Below are positions 49,244 to 59,839 of a DNA stretch of 64,000 nt, piece by piece. Origin of the DNA: an uncultured Flavobacteriales bacterium. Lineage in GTDB: Bacteria; Pseudomonadota; Alphaproteobacteria; UBA8366; CAVOAK01. Each line of letters begins with the position of its first letter. Positions within the stretch are counted from its first letter, which is position 1. Under the pieces are notes generated by a model. It ran no database searches. It was not told the origin of the DNA and worked only from the letters and a program-made list of their open reading frames with translations. A program made the translations under genes and the position numbers. Location: positions 267,225-331,224 of the forward strand of contig CAYQNO010000009.1 of the NCBI GenBank assembly GCA_964419045.1, in the 5' to 3' direction.

Positions 49244-50488
49244 ATGGGCGCTTCCCCGCAATTTAAAAATCCAATTGTAAAGTGGATCGATTACCGATTG
49301 CCGGTCTTCACGTATTTGCATGACGAATACCGAAATTATCCGATGCCCAAAAACCTCAATTACTTTTGGAATTTTGGTGCATTGGCGACGATAGCACTGT
49401 TGTTGCTGATTGTTACAGGCATCATGCTCGCGATGCACTATACGCCCCACGTTGATCACGCATTCGAAAGTGTTGAGCGTATTCGCCGTGAGGTCAACTA
49501 TGGCTGGTTGTTACAGTATCTCCACGCTAATGGTGGATCGATGTTTTTTGCCGTTGTCTACATTCACATATTTCGCGGAATTTATTATGGATCCTACAAG
49601 ACTCCGCGGGAGCTTTTGTGGATTTTTGGTGTCGTCATTCTGCTTGTGATGATGGCTACGGCTTTTATGGGCTACGTGCTACCCTGGGGACAGATGAGCT
49701 TTTGGGCTGCGACAGTTATAACTAATATGTTTTCAGCGGTACCAGGTATAGGTGAAGCGATTGTTACTTGGCTTTGGGGTGGGTTTTCAGTTGATAATCC
49801 GACCCTTAACCGTTTCTTCGCACTACATTATCTATTGCCGTTCGTTCTTTTGGGTGTGGTTATTTTGCACATCATCGCTCTTCACGTTCATGGTTCCAAT
49901 AATCCTGATGGGATAGATTTAACCGGACCCCAGGACTCCGTGCCATTCCATCCCTATTTTACCGCCAAAGACTCGGTTGGCACAGCTGTGTTCCTAATGA
50001 TATTGGCCGTGTTGGTATTCTACGCGCCGAATTATCTCAACCATCCAGATAACACGATACCTGCTAACCCATTACAGACGCCACCGCACATTGTGCCAGA
50101 GTGGTATTTTCTGCCGTTCTACGCAATTCTCAGGTCAATTCCTGATAAGTTGCTGGGGGTAGTGGCAATGTACTCCTCGGTCCTCGTTCTATTTTTACTA
50201 CCGTGGCTTGACACAGCTAAGGTCCGCAGTGCCCGCTATCGACCACTTTTCAAATGTTTTTTTTGGATACTGCTCGCCGACACCATACTGCTTGGGATGT
50301 GCGGCGCGAATGCACCGGAAGGGATGTGGCTGGTCATTGGGCGCGTCGGTACTGCGTATTATTTCCTTCATTTTTTGTTACTTATGCCGGTTCTGGGTTT
50401 ACTGGAGACACCGCGGGCACCACCTACAAGCATAAGTGAGCCAGTGCTCGATACTACTGAATATAAAGCTTCGGCTACGAAAGAGTAA
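49244..50488 (+). CDS. petB: Cytochrome b
   Basis: 414 aa with haem-ligand helices ([16 protein letters not shown]), the [13 protein letters not shown] motif and 8 TM helices. Confidence 0.97.
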   Translation: MGASPQFKNPIVKWIDYRLPVFTYLHDEYRNYPMPKNLNYFWNFGALATIALLLLIVTGIMLAMHYTPHVDHAFESVERIRREVNYGWLLQYLHANGGSMFFAVVYIHIFRGIYYGSYKTPRELLWIFGVVILLVMMATAFMGYVLPWGQMSFWAATVITNMFSAVPGIGEAIVTWLWGGFSVDNPTLNRFFALHYLLPFVLLGVVILHIIALHVHGSNNPDGIDLTGPQDSVPFHPYFTAKDSVGTAVFLMILAVLVFYAPNYLNHPDNTIPANPLQTPPHIVPEWYFLPFYAILRSIPDKLLGVVAMYSSVLVLFLLPWLDTAKVRSARYRPLFKCFFWILLADTILLGMCGANAPEGMWLVIGRVGTAYYFLHFLLLMPVLGLLETPRAPPTSISEPVLDTTEYKASATKE

Positions 50489-50490
50489 AA

Positions 50491-51249
50491 ATGCGATATT
50501 TAATAATCGGAATCGTAGTGACTGTTTTTAGCGGATTCTCTGGAGCTATCTTCGCTTCTGAGGTGCCAGGGGTGCCGTCGCAAGATTGGAGTTGGAAGGG
50601 AGTATTTGGCACTTTTGACCGTGCAGCGCAGCAGCGTGGTCTCCAAGTCTATGTTGAGGTCTGTGCAGTGTGTCATGGCTTGAAATTTGTTGCCTATCGA
50701 AATTTAGTTGACCTCGGATATAGTGAGGCTGAAGTAAAGACTTTTGCGAAAGAGTTTGAGGTTAAAGACGGGCCAAATGAAGAGGGCGAAATGTATATGC
50801 GCTCGGCGCGGCCTTACGATCAATTTGCCCAACCGTTCCCGAATGAACAGGCGGCTAGGGCTTCGAACAATGGTGCCTTGCCGCCAGACCTTTCACTCAT
50901 TGTGGAAGCCCGCCAAGGTGGTGCCGACTACCTTTATGCTTTGCTTACTGGCTATGCAGAGCCACCCGAAGACTTTGAATTGCTAGAAGGGATGAGCTTC
51001 AATACCTATTTCCCGGGTCAGCAAATAGCTATGCATCAACCTCTGTATGAGGACGGTGTGGAATATGAAGATGGTACGGTAGCCAGTGTTGAACAAATGG
51101 CTATGGATGTGTCTACTTTTCTTGCTTGGACGGCCGAACCATATTTGGAAGAGCGTAAGTCATTGGGGTTGAAAGTGCTCCTGTTTCTTCTCGTTTTCAC
51201 AGTTATGATAGTTGCGGTAAAGCGTAAGGTATGGGCTAACGTTCCTTAG
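50491..51249 (+). CDS. petC: Cytochrome c1
   Basis: 252 aa with a signal peptide, the haem-binding CAVCHG, GALPPDLS and a C-terminal TM anchor. Confidence 0.92.
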   Translation: MRYLIIGIVVTVFSGFSGAIFASEVPGVPSQDWSWKGVFGTFDRAAQQRGLQVYVEVCAVCHGLKFVAYRNLVDLGYSEAEVKTFAKEFEVKDGPNEEGEMYMRSARPYDQFAQPFPNEQAARASNNGALPPDLSLIVEARQGGADYLYALLTGYAEPPEDFELLEGMSFNTYFPGQQIAMHQPLYEDGVEYEDGTVASVEQMAMDVSTFLAWTAEPYLEERKSLGLKVLLFLLVFTVMIVAVKRKVWANVP

Positions 51250-51300
51250 CTTTGGTTGCAGAAAAAGCACTGTTCAAAATATATGCCGGGAGTGGTCTCT

Positions 51301-52188
51301 ATGGCTGATTTAGGGTGTCCACCGGTAATTGGCATTATCGGTGGAAGCGGTATTTACGAAATTGAAGGCCTCACACAGCAAAGCTCGAAGATGGTTGATA
51401 CACCCTTTGGTACCCCCTCTGATGAGCTTTTCTTTGGCAAACTTGATGGGGTTGAAATGGTGTTTTTGCCACGTCACGGCCGTGGACATGTGTTAGGCCC
51501 AACTGATCTTAATTTTCGGGCCAATATTTACGCGTTGAAAAAATGCGGAGTCACAGAAATTATATCACTGTCAGCTGTTGGCTCGTTGGCAGAGGAGTTA
51601 GCGCCAGGTACTTTTGTTATAGTTGATCAATTTATTGATCGTACATTTGCGCGTACAAAAAGTTTCTTTGAACCAGGTCTCGTAGCCCACGTGTCTATGG
51701 CCGATCCTGTATGTACCCGAGTTGGTGAATTTCTCTTTGAAGCGGCATCGAATTGCGGAATCGAAGCTATTCGTGGCGGTACCTATTTGGTGATGGAAGG
51801 TCCACAGTTCTCGACACGCGCAGAATCTGAGCTATACCGCCACTGGAACTGCCAGGTTATTGGTATGACCAATATGCCGGAAGCCAAACTCGCCCGGGAA
51901 GCAGAAATTTGCTACGCAACCGTAGCGATGGTGACAGACTATGACTGTTGGCATCCAAATCAGGAAAATGTCACGGTTGATGAGGTGGTGCGAGTGCTTA
52001 AGGAAAACGCGGATCACGCTCGGTTGCTTATTAAAGACACTGTGCGAAGGCTTGCCAAACGCGCAGAACGTTGTGAGCATGGTTGCCATAACAGTTTGGA
52101 TTCGGCAATGATTACCGCGCCTGACCAACGTGATATGAGTGTTGTGTCAAAGCTGGCTATTATAGCTGGTCGAGTATTGGAAACTTAA
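51301..52188 (+). CDS. mtnP: S-methyl-5'-thioadenosine phosphorylase
   Basis: 295 aa from the ATG at 51301. Shows IGIIGGSG, FLPRHGRGH, GMTNMPEAKLAREAE and TDYDCW. The upstream in-frame extension to 51256 lacks similarity to the family. Confidence 0.93.
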   Translation: MADLGCPPVIGIIGGSGIYEIEGLTQQSSKMVDTPFGTPSDELFFGKLDGVEMVFLPRHGRGHVLGPTDLNFRANIYALKKCGVTEIISLSAVGSLAEELAPGTFVIVDQFIDRTFARTKSFFEPGLVAHVSMADPVCTRVGEFLFEAASNCGIEAIRGGTYLVMEGPQFSTRAESELYRHWNCQVIGMTNMPEAKLAREAEICYATVAMVTDYDCWHPNQENVTVDEVVRVLKENADHARLLIKDTVRRLAKRAERCEHGCHNSLDSAMITAPDQRDMSVVSKLAIIAGRVLET

Positions 52189-52189
52189 G

Positions 52190-52582
52190 TTAGCCGGTAT
52201 CACTGGTGGGTCCGCCAGCATTTTTCCATGCAGGGAAGCCTCCTGGAATATGAGCAACGGGTTCAAGACCCATACGTTGGACAGCTAGAGCAGAAAGTGC
52301 GGACCGACCGCCACTTCCGCAGTAGAAAATAAATTTTTTATCCTGTGCAAAGTCTTTCTTGTGGGCAGGGCTTTCTGGGTCAATGTAGAATTCGAGCATC
52401 CCACGTGGCGCGTGGAAGGCATTAGGTATCATGCCGTTTGCTGTTTCATCAGTCTCACGAACATCAACGAATACGATTTTCTCATCATCGATCAAATTAA
52501 TAGCTTCTTCCGCCGATATATGTTCAATTTTCTCATTGGCCTCGGCTAGAAGGTCTTTAACACGTTTCTTTCCATTGTACAT
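52190..52582 (-). CDS. Rhodanese-domain sulfurtransferase
   Basis: 130 aa single rhodanese domain with the active-site loop YCGSGGRS. Confidence 0.85.
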   Translation of the reverse strand: MYNGKKRVKDLLAEANEKIEHISAEEAINLIDDEKIVFVDVRETDETANGMIPNAFHAPRGMLEFYIDPESPAHKKDFAQDKKFIFYCGSGGRSALSALAVQRMGLEPVAHIPGGFPAWKNAGGPTSDTG

Positions 52583-52595
52583 TTCGAAATCCTAT

Positions 52596-53273
52596 TTATG
52601 AGAGCTCTTCGTCAAAAAACGCCAGGGTACGTTTTTCAGCGATTTCTGACTGTTCAGCATTATAGCTTGTTCTGTGGTTGCAGCTAAAACCATGATCGGC
52701 TTTAGGATATACATGGATGGGAATATTTGGCTGGGCTTCCATAATTGCTTTGACATCGGTGAGCGGTATACCGGTATCATTTTCACCAAAGTTCATTAAA
52801 ACGGAGCAGTGAGGCTTTTCGTTCTTGTAGTCAACAATTTGACCTCCGTAGTAGCAGACAGTTGCCGAAATACTATCCAGCCGTGTCGCTGCGAGCCACG
52901 CAAGTGTTCCACCCCAACAATAGCCGGAAATGCCAATTTTATTATTAGGATAATGTTTTGATAGAAACCTAACGGCAGCACCAATGTCCAACAGCGTATT
53001 TTCAATAGAAATTTGTTGCCGAATTTCACGTGCTTTAGAAAACGCTGGTTTGTCGTAACCGAGTTCAACGCCTTGTTCTACGCGATCAAACAATGCTGGA
53101 GCTATAACGGTATATCCGAATGAGGAAAATTTATCGCAGAGCTCACGAATATGTTCATTAACACCAAAAATTTCTTGAAGGACCACTAAGTTTCCCTTTG
53201 GTGTATTGGCATCAGCTTTGTAAGCATCTAATTTATGGCCATCACTTGCGATCAATTGGATTTTACTAACCAT
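52596..53273 (-). CDS. Dienelactone hydrolase family protein
   Basis: 225 aa alpha/beta hydrolase with the nucleophile elbow GISGYCWGG (Cys nucleophile), VVLQEIFG and a distal His (ADHGF). Confidence 0.85.
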   Translation of the reverse strand: MVSKIQLIASDGHKLDAYKADANTPKGNLVVLQEIFGVNEHIRELCDKFSSFGYTVIAPALFDRVEQGVELGYDKPAFSKAREIRQQISIENTLLDIGAAVRFLSKHYPNNKIGISGYCWGGTLAWLAATRLDSISATVCYYGGQIVDYKNEKPHCSVLMNFGENDTGIPLTDVKAIMEAQPNIPIHVYPKADHGFSCNHRTSYNAEQSEIAEKRTLAFFDEELS

Positions 53274-53296
53274 CTCAACGTCCTTTGGTAATTCGA

Positions 53297-54397
53297 TTAA
53301 ACATTGAACCTAAACAAAATAATGTCACCGTCCTGGACAATGTAGTCGCTACCCTCCTGTCTCATTTTACCCTTGTCTTTTGCGCCTAACTCACCAGCAC
53401 ATTTAATGAAGTCATCGTAGGCGATAGTTTCGGCGCATATAAATCCTCTTTTGAAGTCCGTGTGAATTCTCCCGGCGGCTTCCGACGCCCTAGATGTTCT
53501 TTCCACTGTCCAAGCACGAGTCTCCTTTGGACCAGAAGTGAAGAAAGTGATGAGGTCGAGTGATGCGTAACCGGCGCGAATAACGTGGGCTAACCCTGGC
53601 TCCTCCAAATCTAGAGACGTTAGAAATTCTGTTCTTTCTTCTTTTGTAGAAAGTTGTGAAATTTCGCTCTCTATTGCTGCCGATACAACCAATGCCTTTG
53701 TTCCCTCTGCCGTGACCCTTGAGATTATTGCATCGGATAATGTATTCCCACTTTTTGCATGGTTTTCATCGACGTTACAAACACACAAGACGGGTTTCGC
53801 GGTCAAGAAGTTCATTTTCTTGATCATTTTTCCTTCATCTTCTGCGTAGTCGAGGTGGCGAACGGGTGTACCCTCGTTCAACGATATATAAAGTCGCCTC
53901 ATTAACTCCAGTTCTCTTTTAGCGTTGCGCGCACCTGTTTTTGCAAGTTTTTCAATTTCTGTTAGACTTCGGTTAATTTGTTGAAGGTCGGCTAAAAGCA
54001 GCTCGGTCTCAATCGTCTCTAGGTCGCGTTCCGGATTAATTGTCCCATCTATGTGCGCCGTATCGCTAGACTCAAAGCAACGTATCACATGTATCAATGC
54101 ATCTACTTCTCGAATCCTAGCTAGAAATTGATTGCCTAAACCTTCACCATTCGATGCTCCACGTACTAGACCAGCAATATCTACAATTTCCAAATAGTTA
54201 GGCACAGTTGTAGTGGAATTTGCTAAATCTGCTATTTTACCCAGCCGATCGTCGGGTACAGCCACACGACCAATATTGGGTTTAATAGTACAGAATGGAT
54301 AATTTGCGACTTCTGCCGCGGGCATCTCTATCAGCGCGTTGAAGAGTGTAGATTTCCCAACATTTGGTAACCCAACAATCCCACAGTTAAATCCCAT
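53297..54397 (-). CDS. ychF: Redox-regulated ATPase YchF
   Basis: 366 aa with [34 protein letters not shown] and the C-terminal TGS-like block ([11 protein letters not shown]). Confidence 0.97.
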   Translation of the reverse strand: MGFNCGIVGLPNVGKSTLFNALIEMPAAEVANYPFCTIKPNIGRVAVPDDRLGKIADLANSTTTVPNYLEIVDIAGLVRGASNGEGLGNQFLARIREVDALIHVIRCFESSDTAHIDGTINPERDLETIETELLLADLQQINRSLTEIEKLAKTGARNAKRELELMRRLYISLNEGTPVRHLDYAEDEGKMIKKMNFLTAKPVLCVCNVDENHAKSGNTLSDAIISRVTAEGTKALVVSAAIESEISQLSTKEERTEFLTSLDLEEPGLAHVIRAGYASLDLITFFTSGPKETRAWTVERTSRASEAAGRIHTDFKRGFICAETIAYDDFIKCAGELGAKDKGKMRQEGSDYIVQDGDIILFRFNV

Positions 54398-54423
54398 TAA
54401 TATCTCCCTAGGACAAGGTGTGA

Positions 54424-55032
54424 TTAGGGCATCGTGGATGTGTCTTCATCATCAGAATGCTTTGAGACACTCATGATTAGCGACACTTTACTCATGAACC
54501 CATTGAAGTCCTTTGCGCCAATTAGTGGGGCAGCTTCGGCTGTTGCATCGAGAAGGCGAGCCACATCCTCTAACTCATTTTTGGAAAAATCACTAAGAAC
54601 GTGAGAGTGTACGGCAGCCTTGACGCCAGGATGTCCTATGCCCAAACGGATCCGCCAATATTCCTTATCTATATGGGCATCGATGCTACGCAGACCATTA
54701 TGGCCTGCATGCCCACCATTAAATTTTGCCCGTATTTTCATATGCAGCAGGTCCAACTCATCATGTACGACGACAAGAGAGTCGGAGGGTAACTTATAGA
54801 AACGCATTACCTTGCCCACCGCACGTCCAGATTCGTTTACGAACGTCGTTGGCTTAAGGGCTAGGATTTTTTCCCCACCCAATACACCTTCTGCAGTTAG
54901 CGACCCATGTTGTGACCGAAACGGACCGAAGTTATGGCGACGTGCAATTTCGTCTACGGCCATAAATCCAAGGTTATGACGATTTTTTTCGTATTTTCGT
55001 CCGGGATTTCCAAGACCGACGAGCAATAGCAT
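54424..55032 (-). CDS. pth: Peptidyl-tRNA hydrolase
   Basis: 202 aa with LLVGLGNPG..Y..NRHN.GF and GGHAGHNGLRS. Confidence 0.95.
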   Translation of the reverse strand: MLLLVGLGNPGRKYEKNRHNLGFMAVDEIARRHNFGPFRSQHGSLTAEGVLGGEKILALKPTTFVNESGRAVGKVMRFYKLPSDSLVVVHDELDLLHMKIRAKFNGGHAGHNGLRSIDAHIDKEYWRIRLGIGHPGVKAAVHSHVLSDFSKNELEDVARLLDATAEAAPLIGAKDFNGFMSKVSLIMSVSKHSDDEDTSTMP

Positions 55033-55053
55033 GAGCTCTTCTGCATGCCTTCC

Positions 55054-55743
55054 CTAGTTTGACTCGGAATCTTCGCTTGCTTCCTCTTCAGGGGTTTCAC
55101 CTTCACCCTCTTGGCCTTCCTCACCTTCTTCGCCTTCCTCGCCGTCTATCTCTTCTTCTTCAGCTTCTTCCATGATAGTAGGTGCAGAAATTGTGGCGAC
55201 GGTGAAGTCACGGTCTGTAATAGCCGGATCGACGCCCTCGGGTAAAGTGATTACCCCAAAATGGACGCTATCGCCTATGTCCATGTCCTTCAAATCAAAT
55301 TCGAAGCGATCGGGAATGATTGATACAGCGCATATGACCTCAATTGTATGTCTGACAACATTAAGAACACCACCACGTCTCAAGCCGGGGGACTCGTCTT
55401 CGTTAAGGAAGACAACTGGGACTTCAACATTGATTCTCGTTTCACCCGTAACACGCAGAAAGTCGACATGTAACGGGCGATCTGTGACTGGATGAAACTG
55501 TACTTCACGCGGCAATACGCGTTCGGCTTTCCCATTATCGACGTCGATATCGAAGACGGTTGAATAAAACCTTCCACTTTGTAGTCCCTTACTGATTTCG
55601 CGTGGGTCAAGTGATATAGCAAGTGAGTCCTGCTTTGCTCCGTACACGATTGCAGGAATTTGACCGTCTCGTCGGAGCGACCGTGCACTTCCTGTACCCA
55701 CCCGGGCACGTATCTGTCCCCTGATCGAATTTTGTTCAGCCAT
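55054..55743 (-). CDS. rplY: 50S ribosomal protein L25 / general stress protein Ctc, long form with acidic tail
   Basis: 229 aa with LRRDGQIPAIVYG, a two-domain Ctc architecture and a C-terminal Glu/Gly-rich tail. Confidence 0.93.
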   Translation of the reverse strand: MAEQNSIRGQIRARVGTGSARSLRRDGQIPAIVYGAKQDSLAISLDPREISKGLQSGRFYSTVFDIDVDNGKAERVLPREVQFHPVTDRPLHVDFLRVTGETRINVEVPVVFLNEDESPGLRRGGVLNVVRHTIEVICAVSIIPDRFEFDLKDMDIGDSVHFGVITLPEGVDPAITDRDFTVATISAPTIMEEAEEEEIDGEEGEEGEEGQEGEGETPEEEASEDSESN

Positions 55744-55847
55744 TTTCCTTACCTCCTCTGAAGGTCTGCGACCCGCTACACCAGATAATATTTAAAGCGT
55801 ATTGCAATTCATCTAGGCAACTGAATGTCATACCTATACTCAAGCAG

Positions 55848-56783
55848 TCAATTGAACAAGACTGAGACTGATTGATTACTACTGATGCGCGATATTGCGT
55901 CTGCGATCAACGGTGCGATTGTTATTTGACGAATGTTATGGGCTAACCTTACCGCCTCAGTGGCAGCAATGCTGTCTGTTGTGACCATTTCGGTTATAGG
56001 TGATGCCGCTACTCTGGCTACCGCACCCCCAGAAAAAACCCCGTGTGTTACATAGGCTGAAACCGATGTGGCACCCCCGTCTGCCAACGCAGCAGCAGCG
56101 TTACATAATGTGCCTGCGGAGTCGACGATGTCGTCTATTAGAATACACTGACGACCGTTTATATCGCCGATAATGTTCATTACTTCCGAAACCCCCGCCA
56201 TTTCACGCCGTTTATCGATGATTGCCAGTTCCGCATCGAGTCGCTTAGCTACTGCTCGTGCACGCCCCACACCACCAACATCTGGTGAGACGATTGTTAA
56301 TTTTCCTTTACGGTTTTCATGTTCGCTTATGTCCTTGGAAAAGACTGGGGCCGAAAAGAGATTATCTGTTGGAACGTCCAGGAATCCCTGAATCTGCCCA
56401 GAATGCAAATCCATGGTCAAAACACGGTTTGCACCCGCCGTAGTTATCAAATTAGCAACTAGTTTGGCAGAAATGGGTGTTCGGGGACCAGTTTTCCGAT
56501 CTTGCCTTGCATAACCGAAATATGGCATGACGGCAGTAATGCGGCTAGCTGAACCACGTTTTAAAGCATCGATAGCTACTAAGAGTTCCATCAAGTTGTC
56601 GTTAGCCGGGTAACAAGTTGATTGAACTACATACACGTCCTCCCCACGCACATTTTCAAGAATTTCAACGAAAACTTCCATGTCTGAAAATCGTCGAACA
56701 GAAGCTTCAGCAAGCTGAACATTCAGGTACGTGGAAATTGCCTCGGCCATCGGCCGATTACTGTTGCAACTCAGAATTTTCAT
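55848..56783 (-). CDS. prs: Ribose-phosphate pyrophosphokinase
   Basis: 311 aa from the ATG at 56783 (MKILSCNSN). Has the PRPP-binding loop ([12 protein letters not shown]), [10 protein letters not shown] and [10 protein letters not shown]. Confidence 0.96.
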   Translation of the reverse strand: MKILSCNSNRPMAEAISTYLNVQLAEASVRRFSDMEVFVEILENVRGEDVYVVQSTCYPANDNLMELLVAIDALKRGSASRITAVMPYFGYARQDRKTGPRTPISAKLVANLITTAGANRVLTMDLHSGQIQGFLDVPTDNLFSAPVFSKDISEHENRKGKLTIVSPDVGGVGRARAVAKRLDAELAIIDKRREMAGVSEVMNIIGDINGRQCILIDDIVDSAGTLCNAAAALADGGATSVSAYVTHGVFSGGAVARVAASPITEMVTTDSIAATEAVRLAHNIRQITIAPLIADAISRISSNQSVSVLFN

Positions 56784-57120
56784 GGAGAATCTCTCGATGG
56801 GCGAGCGATCTTTAAGCGAACTGTTTCGAAGTATTTGCTCCGCAAGGATGTTTCCAACGCTGAATATCGCCAATTGGACGGAATCATTTCAACGACTCTA
56901 TAACAACGTGCCCCGATTCTGTAAACGCCTTTGAGTCAAATTTAATCAGTCCAGTCAAAAATTAACAAGTCAAGAATATACAAAAAGGATTAGTTGTAAG
57001 TCCTTAATAAACATCGCGTGCTTGCGCAGTAGAAGTCTGAACTATTTGAGCTGAGGATACAAAAACCGGGAAAAACAACCTCAACTGGACATGCTAATGT
57101 TCAACTAATTCAAGCAACTA

Positions 57121-57933
57121 TTAGTCCCTTAGAACTAATGCTGAAAGCAGACGGCCGTAATCAGTCTCCTTGCGGTGAAGTGCTCGACGATAGCTGAAAA
57201 AGGCTGATTCATGCGTAAAGGTGTCGTGGAGGAGTTGATCCACTTCTAAAATACCTGAATTACGAAGTCGTTGGGCAGCATAGCCTGCTAAATCAAACAT
57301 TAAGTGATTGGGATTTATGGCTTCTTTGAAAAAAACAGAATTATCAGATCGTTCATCTAAGAATAGAGCTGGAAATTCAGGTCCTACCTCATAGGAGTCA
57401 AACCCTATACAAGGGCCAATCGCAGCGGTGATGTTTGAAGGATTAGCTCCAAGCTTTCCCATTACACCGATTGTTGATTCTAAAATGCCAGCGGAGACGC
57501 CGCGCCATCCAGCATGTGCTGCACCAATTACTCCTACAGTTTCGTCCACAAGAAAAACTGGTGCGCAATCAGCAGTCAGTATTCCAAGCGTGATTCCTGG
57601 CTGATCAGTGACCAGGGCATCTACCTTTGGTGAGTCAGTAAGAGATTGGGGTCTATCGACATGGAGCGCGGTTCTTCCATGCACTTGATAAGCGGTAATG
57701 AGGTTTTCAGGGTTGGCTCCCAGCGCTGAAACCGCGAGTGCGCGGTTAGATTTTATGTGGTTTATATCATCTCCGGATCCAAAACCGCAATTGAGTGAAG
57801 AATATATTCCATTACTCACACCACCACAGCGGGAGAAAAATCCGTGCGCCACACAGTTTACTTTAGAAAATAATTCAGATTGGACTGGAACAGGTGCAGC
57901 CTTATTACTACCCTCGTAAAGCCGAGCAGTCAT
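57121..57933 (-). CDS. pgeF: Laccase-domain protein PgeF/YfiH (purine nucleoside phosphorylase-like)
   Basis: 270 aa with QVHG, LTADCAPV and AHAGWRG motifs. A 4-nt overlap joins it to the upstream methyltransferase gene. Confidence 0.88.
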   Translation of the reverse strand: MTARLYEGSNKAAPVPVQSELFSKVNCVAHGFFSRCGGVSNGIYSSLNCGFGSGDDINHIKSNRALAVSALGANPENLITAYQVHGRTALHVDRPQSLTDSPKVDALVTDQPGITLGILTADCAPVFLVDETVGVIGAAHAGWRGVSAGILESTIGVMGKLGANPSNITAAIGPCIGFDSYEVGPEFPALFLDERSDNSVFFKEAINPNHLMFDLAGYAAQRLRNSGILEVDQLLHDTFTHESAFFSYRRALHRKETDYGRLLSALVLRD

Positions 57934-59030
57934 AGGTTGTTGACAAATCCGGATGGGCGGTTCAGGCCATGACTTGTCAGAGCCATTACCTTAAATAAAC
58001 CGCCCATCTGATCGTGCTCTGTAAGACGGCGACATGCGTTTATGATATCAATGGATTGGGATTCCGTTGCGTTCTTTGTGAGTGCCTCTGTCCTTATCTC
58101 GATACCAAGCTGTCTCAAAAATATTCCCTGGTTTATAGGACCATACACGTCGACCAAACCACGAATCGATCGTTCGAGGGCAGCAAAGTCCAGATGTGCG
58201 GTCAAATCAGCCGATCCAGAATTTGAAAGTACTTCATTTACGGCATGCCCTCGTACGGATTGCAATGTGTCTCCCACAGTACTCACTTCATTTCCATAGT
58301 CGAAAATAAGCGCTGCACCACCAAAACGTGCGATTTGTGTGGCAATCTGAGTGGTTATAGCGGTTGCGGCTGGCCGTATTTCGAATATTGAGTTTAATGT
58401 CGCGTTCTCACGTATAGTTTTTGGTATACATGTTTCATTCTCAGAGAGAGCCCCGCCCAAAGTAAATTGAAATCGACCATTATCTAGTTCAATAAGTCTT
58501 TCACACCACCCCGCTTTAGTTCGCTCGAATTGGTGAATTGGTAAGGCGTCAAAGAACTCGTTTGCTATGACTAACAATGGTCCGTCCGGTAACGTCTCTG
58601 AATCTGTGTGCCAATAGATCTTTTCAGCTGGTAACGACATGCCGGCAAAACTTATCTTTTGTATATCCCGTAACAGGGGGCTGATTTCTAATAGGTGGAT
58701 CGAAATTGCGTTCCTGAATTTAGATTGGCTTCTTATTCCGTGCAGGGCATCTACCATCATTGTTCCGCGTCCTGGTCCGAGTTCAATAAGAAAAATTGTG
58801 CTAGGCTCTCCCATTTCCTGCCATCGTTCAGTCAACCAAGCTCCGATGAGTTCGCCAAACATCTGACTAATTTCGGGTGCAGTGGTAAAATCGCCCTTAC
58901 AACCGAAGGGATCGCGCGTCATATAATAGCCATGTTTGGGATGGTAAAGCGCGTCGGCCATAAACGAAGCTAGGGAGATGGGACCTTCTGTGCGTATTAG
59001 GTTGGCCAAATGGTTGTAGATTGCGGTCAA
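57930..59030 (-). CDS. Class I SAM-dependent methyltransferase (DUF185 / NDUFAF7-MidA-like)
   Basis: 366 aa with GDFTTAPEISQMFGELIG and ELGPGRGTMM motifs. It is in an operon with lgt and pgeF, as in many alphaproteobacteria. Confidence 0.85.
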   Translation of the reverse strand: MTAIYNHLANLIRTEGPISLASFMADALYHPKHGYYMTRDPFGCKGDFTTAPEISQMFGELIGAWLTERWQEMGEPSTIFLIELGPGRGTMMVDALHGIRSQSKFRNAISIHLLEISPLLRDIQKISFAGMSLPAEKIYWHTDSETLPDGPLLVIANEFFDALPIHQFERTKAGWCERLIELDNGRFQFTLGGALSENETCIPKTIRENATLNSIFEIRPAATAITTQIATQIARFGGAALIFDYGNEVSTVGDTLQSVRGHAVNEVLSNSGSADLTAHLDFAALERSIRGLVDVYGPINQGIFLRQLGIEIRTEALTKNATESQSIDIINACRRLTEHDQMGGLFKVMALTSHGLNRPSGFVNNL

Positions 59031-59839
59031 GTGTTTTCTACCGGTTCCAGTTTCATTGCACGGAAAATAAGCCAGATACCCACTATGAGCATTGGCAATG
59101 ACAACAACTGTCCCCAGGTCGTCCCGAAACTTAGTAGACCAAGATGACGGTCCGGTTCGCGCATCGTTTCAACTAGAATTCGAACGATGGAATACCCGAG
59201 CAAAAACACTCCACTTGTAAGTCCAGGTCGTCGACGAGTGTCAAAAAAAATCACCATTATACTTAAGATCAATGCCAGTAGGATACCTTCTAGGGCAGCT
59301 TCGTAAAGCTGGCTTGGGTGACGGGGTTCGGTTCCAGCGCGTGGAAAAATTACTGCCCAGGGTACGTCAGTCACTCTGCCCCAGAGCTCACCATTGATAA
59401 AATTAGCAATTCGACCGAGCGCTAGACCAATTGGTGCAGCTGTCGATGCTATATCGGCTATCACATACGTTTGGAGACCACGCCGTCGTTCAAAAATTAG
59501 ACTTGCAATAAGTACACCAATTAGCCCGCCATGGAATGACATTCCGCCGTTCCAAATCTCTATAATGGCAAACGGATTGGAAAAATAATAACTCGGATGG
59601 TAAAGCGTCACATATCCGAGTCGGCCACCAAGAACGATGCCAAACGTTGCCCAAAGCAGAAATTCGTCAGCATCTCTCGGAGTTAGGAGGTTCGGTTTAT
59701 GTCCCGCCAACCAGATGCAATAGCGCCACCCGATAAGTAGTCCAGTGATAAATGCAAGAGCGTACCAATGTATTTCAATTGGGCCGACGGAAAATGCCAC
59801 TGGGTCAAAATTTGGAAACTTAAACAGCACAACTATCAC
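59027..59839 (-). CDS. lgt: Prolipoprotein diacylglyceryl transferase
   Basis: 270 aa polytopic membrane protein with HWYALAF, GGMSFHGGLIG and GRIANFINGELWGR motifs. It uses a GTG start. Confidence 0.93.
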   Translation of the reverse strand: MIVVLFKFPNFDPVAFSVGPIEIHWYALAFITGLLIGWRYCIWLAGHKPNLLTPRDADEFLLWATFGIVLGGRLGYVTLYHPSYYFSNPFAIIEIWNGGMSFHGGLIGVLIASLIFERRRGLQTYVIADIASTAAPIGLALGRIANFINGELWGRVTDVPWAVIFPRAGTEPRHPSQLYEAALEGILLALILSIMVIFFDTRRRPGLTSGVFLLGYSIVRILVETMREPDRHLGLLSFGTTWGQLLSLPMLIVGIWLIFRAMKLEPVENT

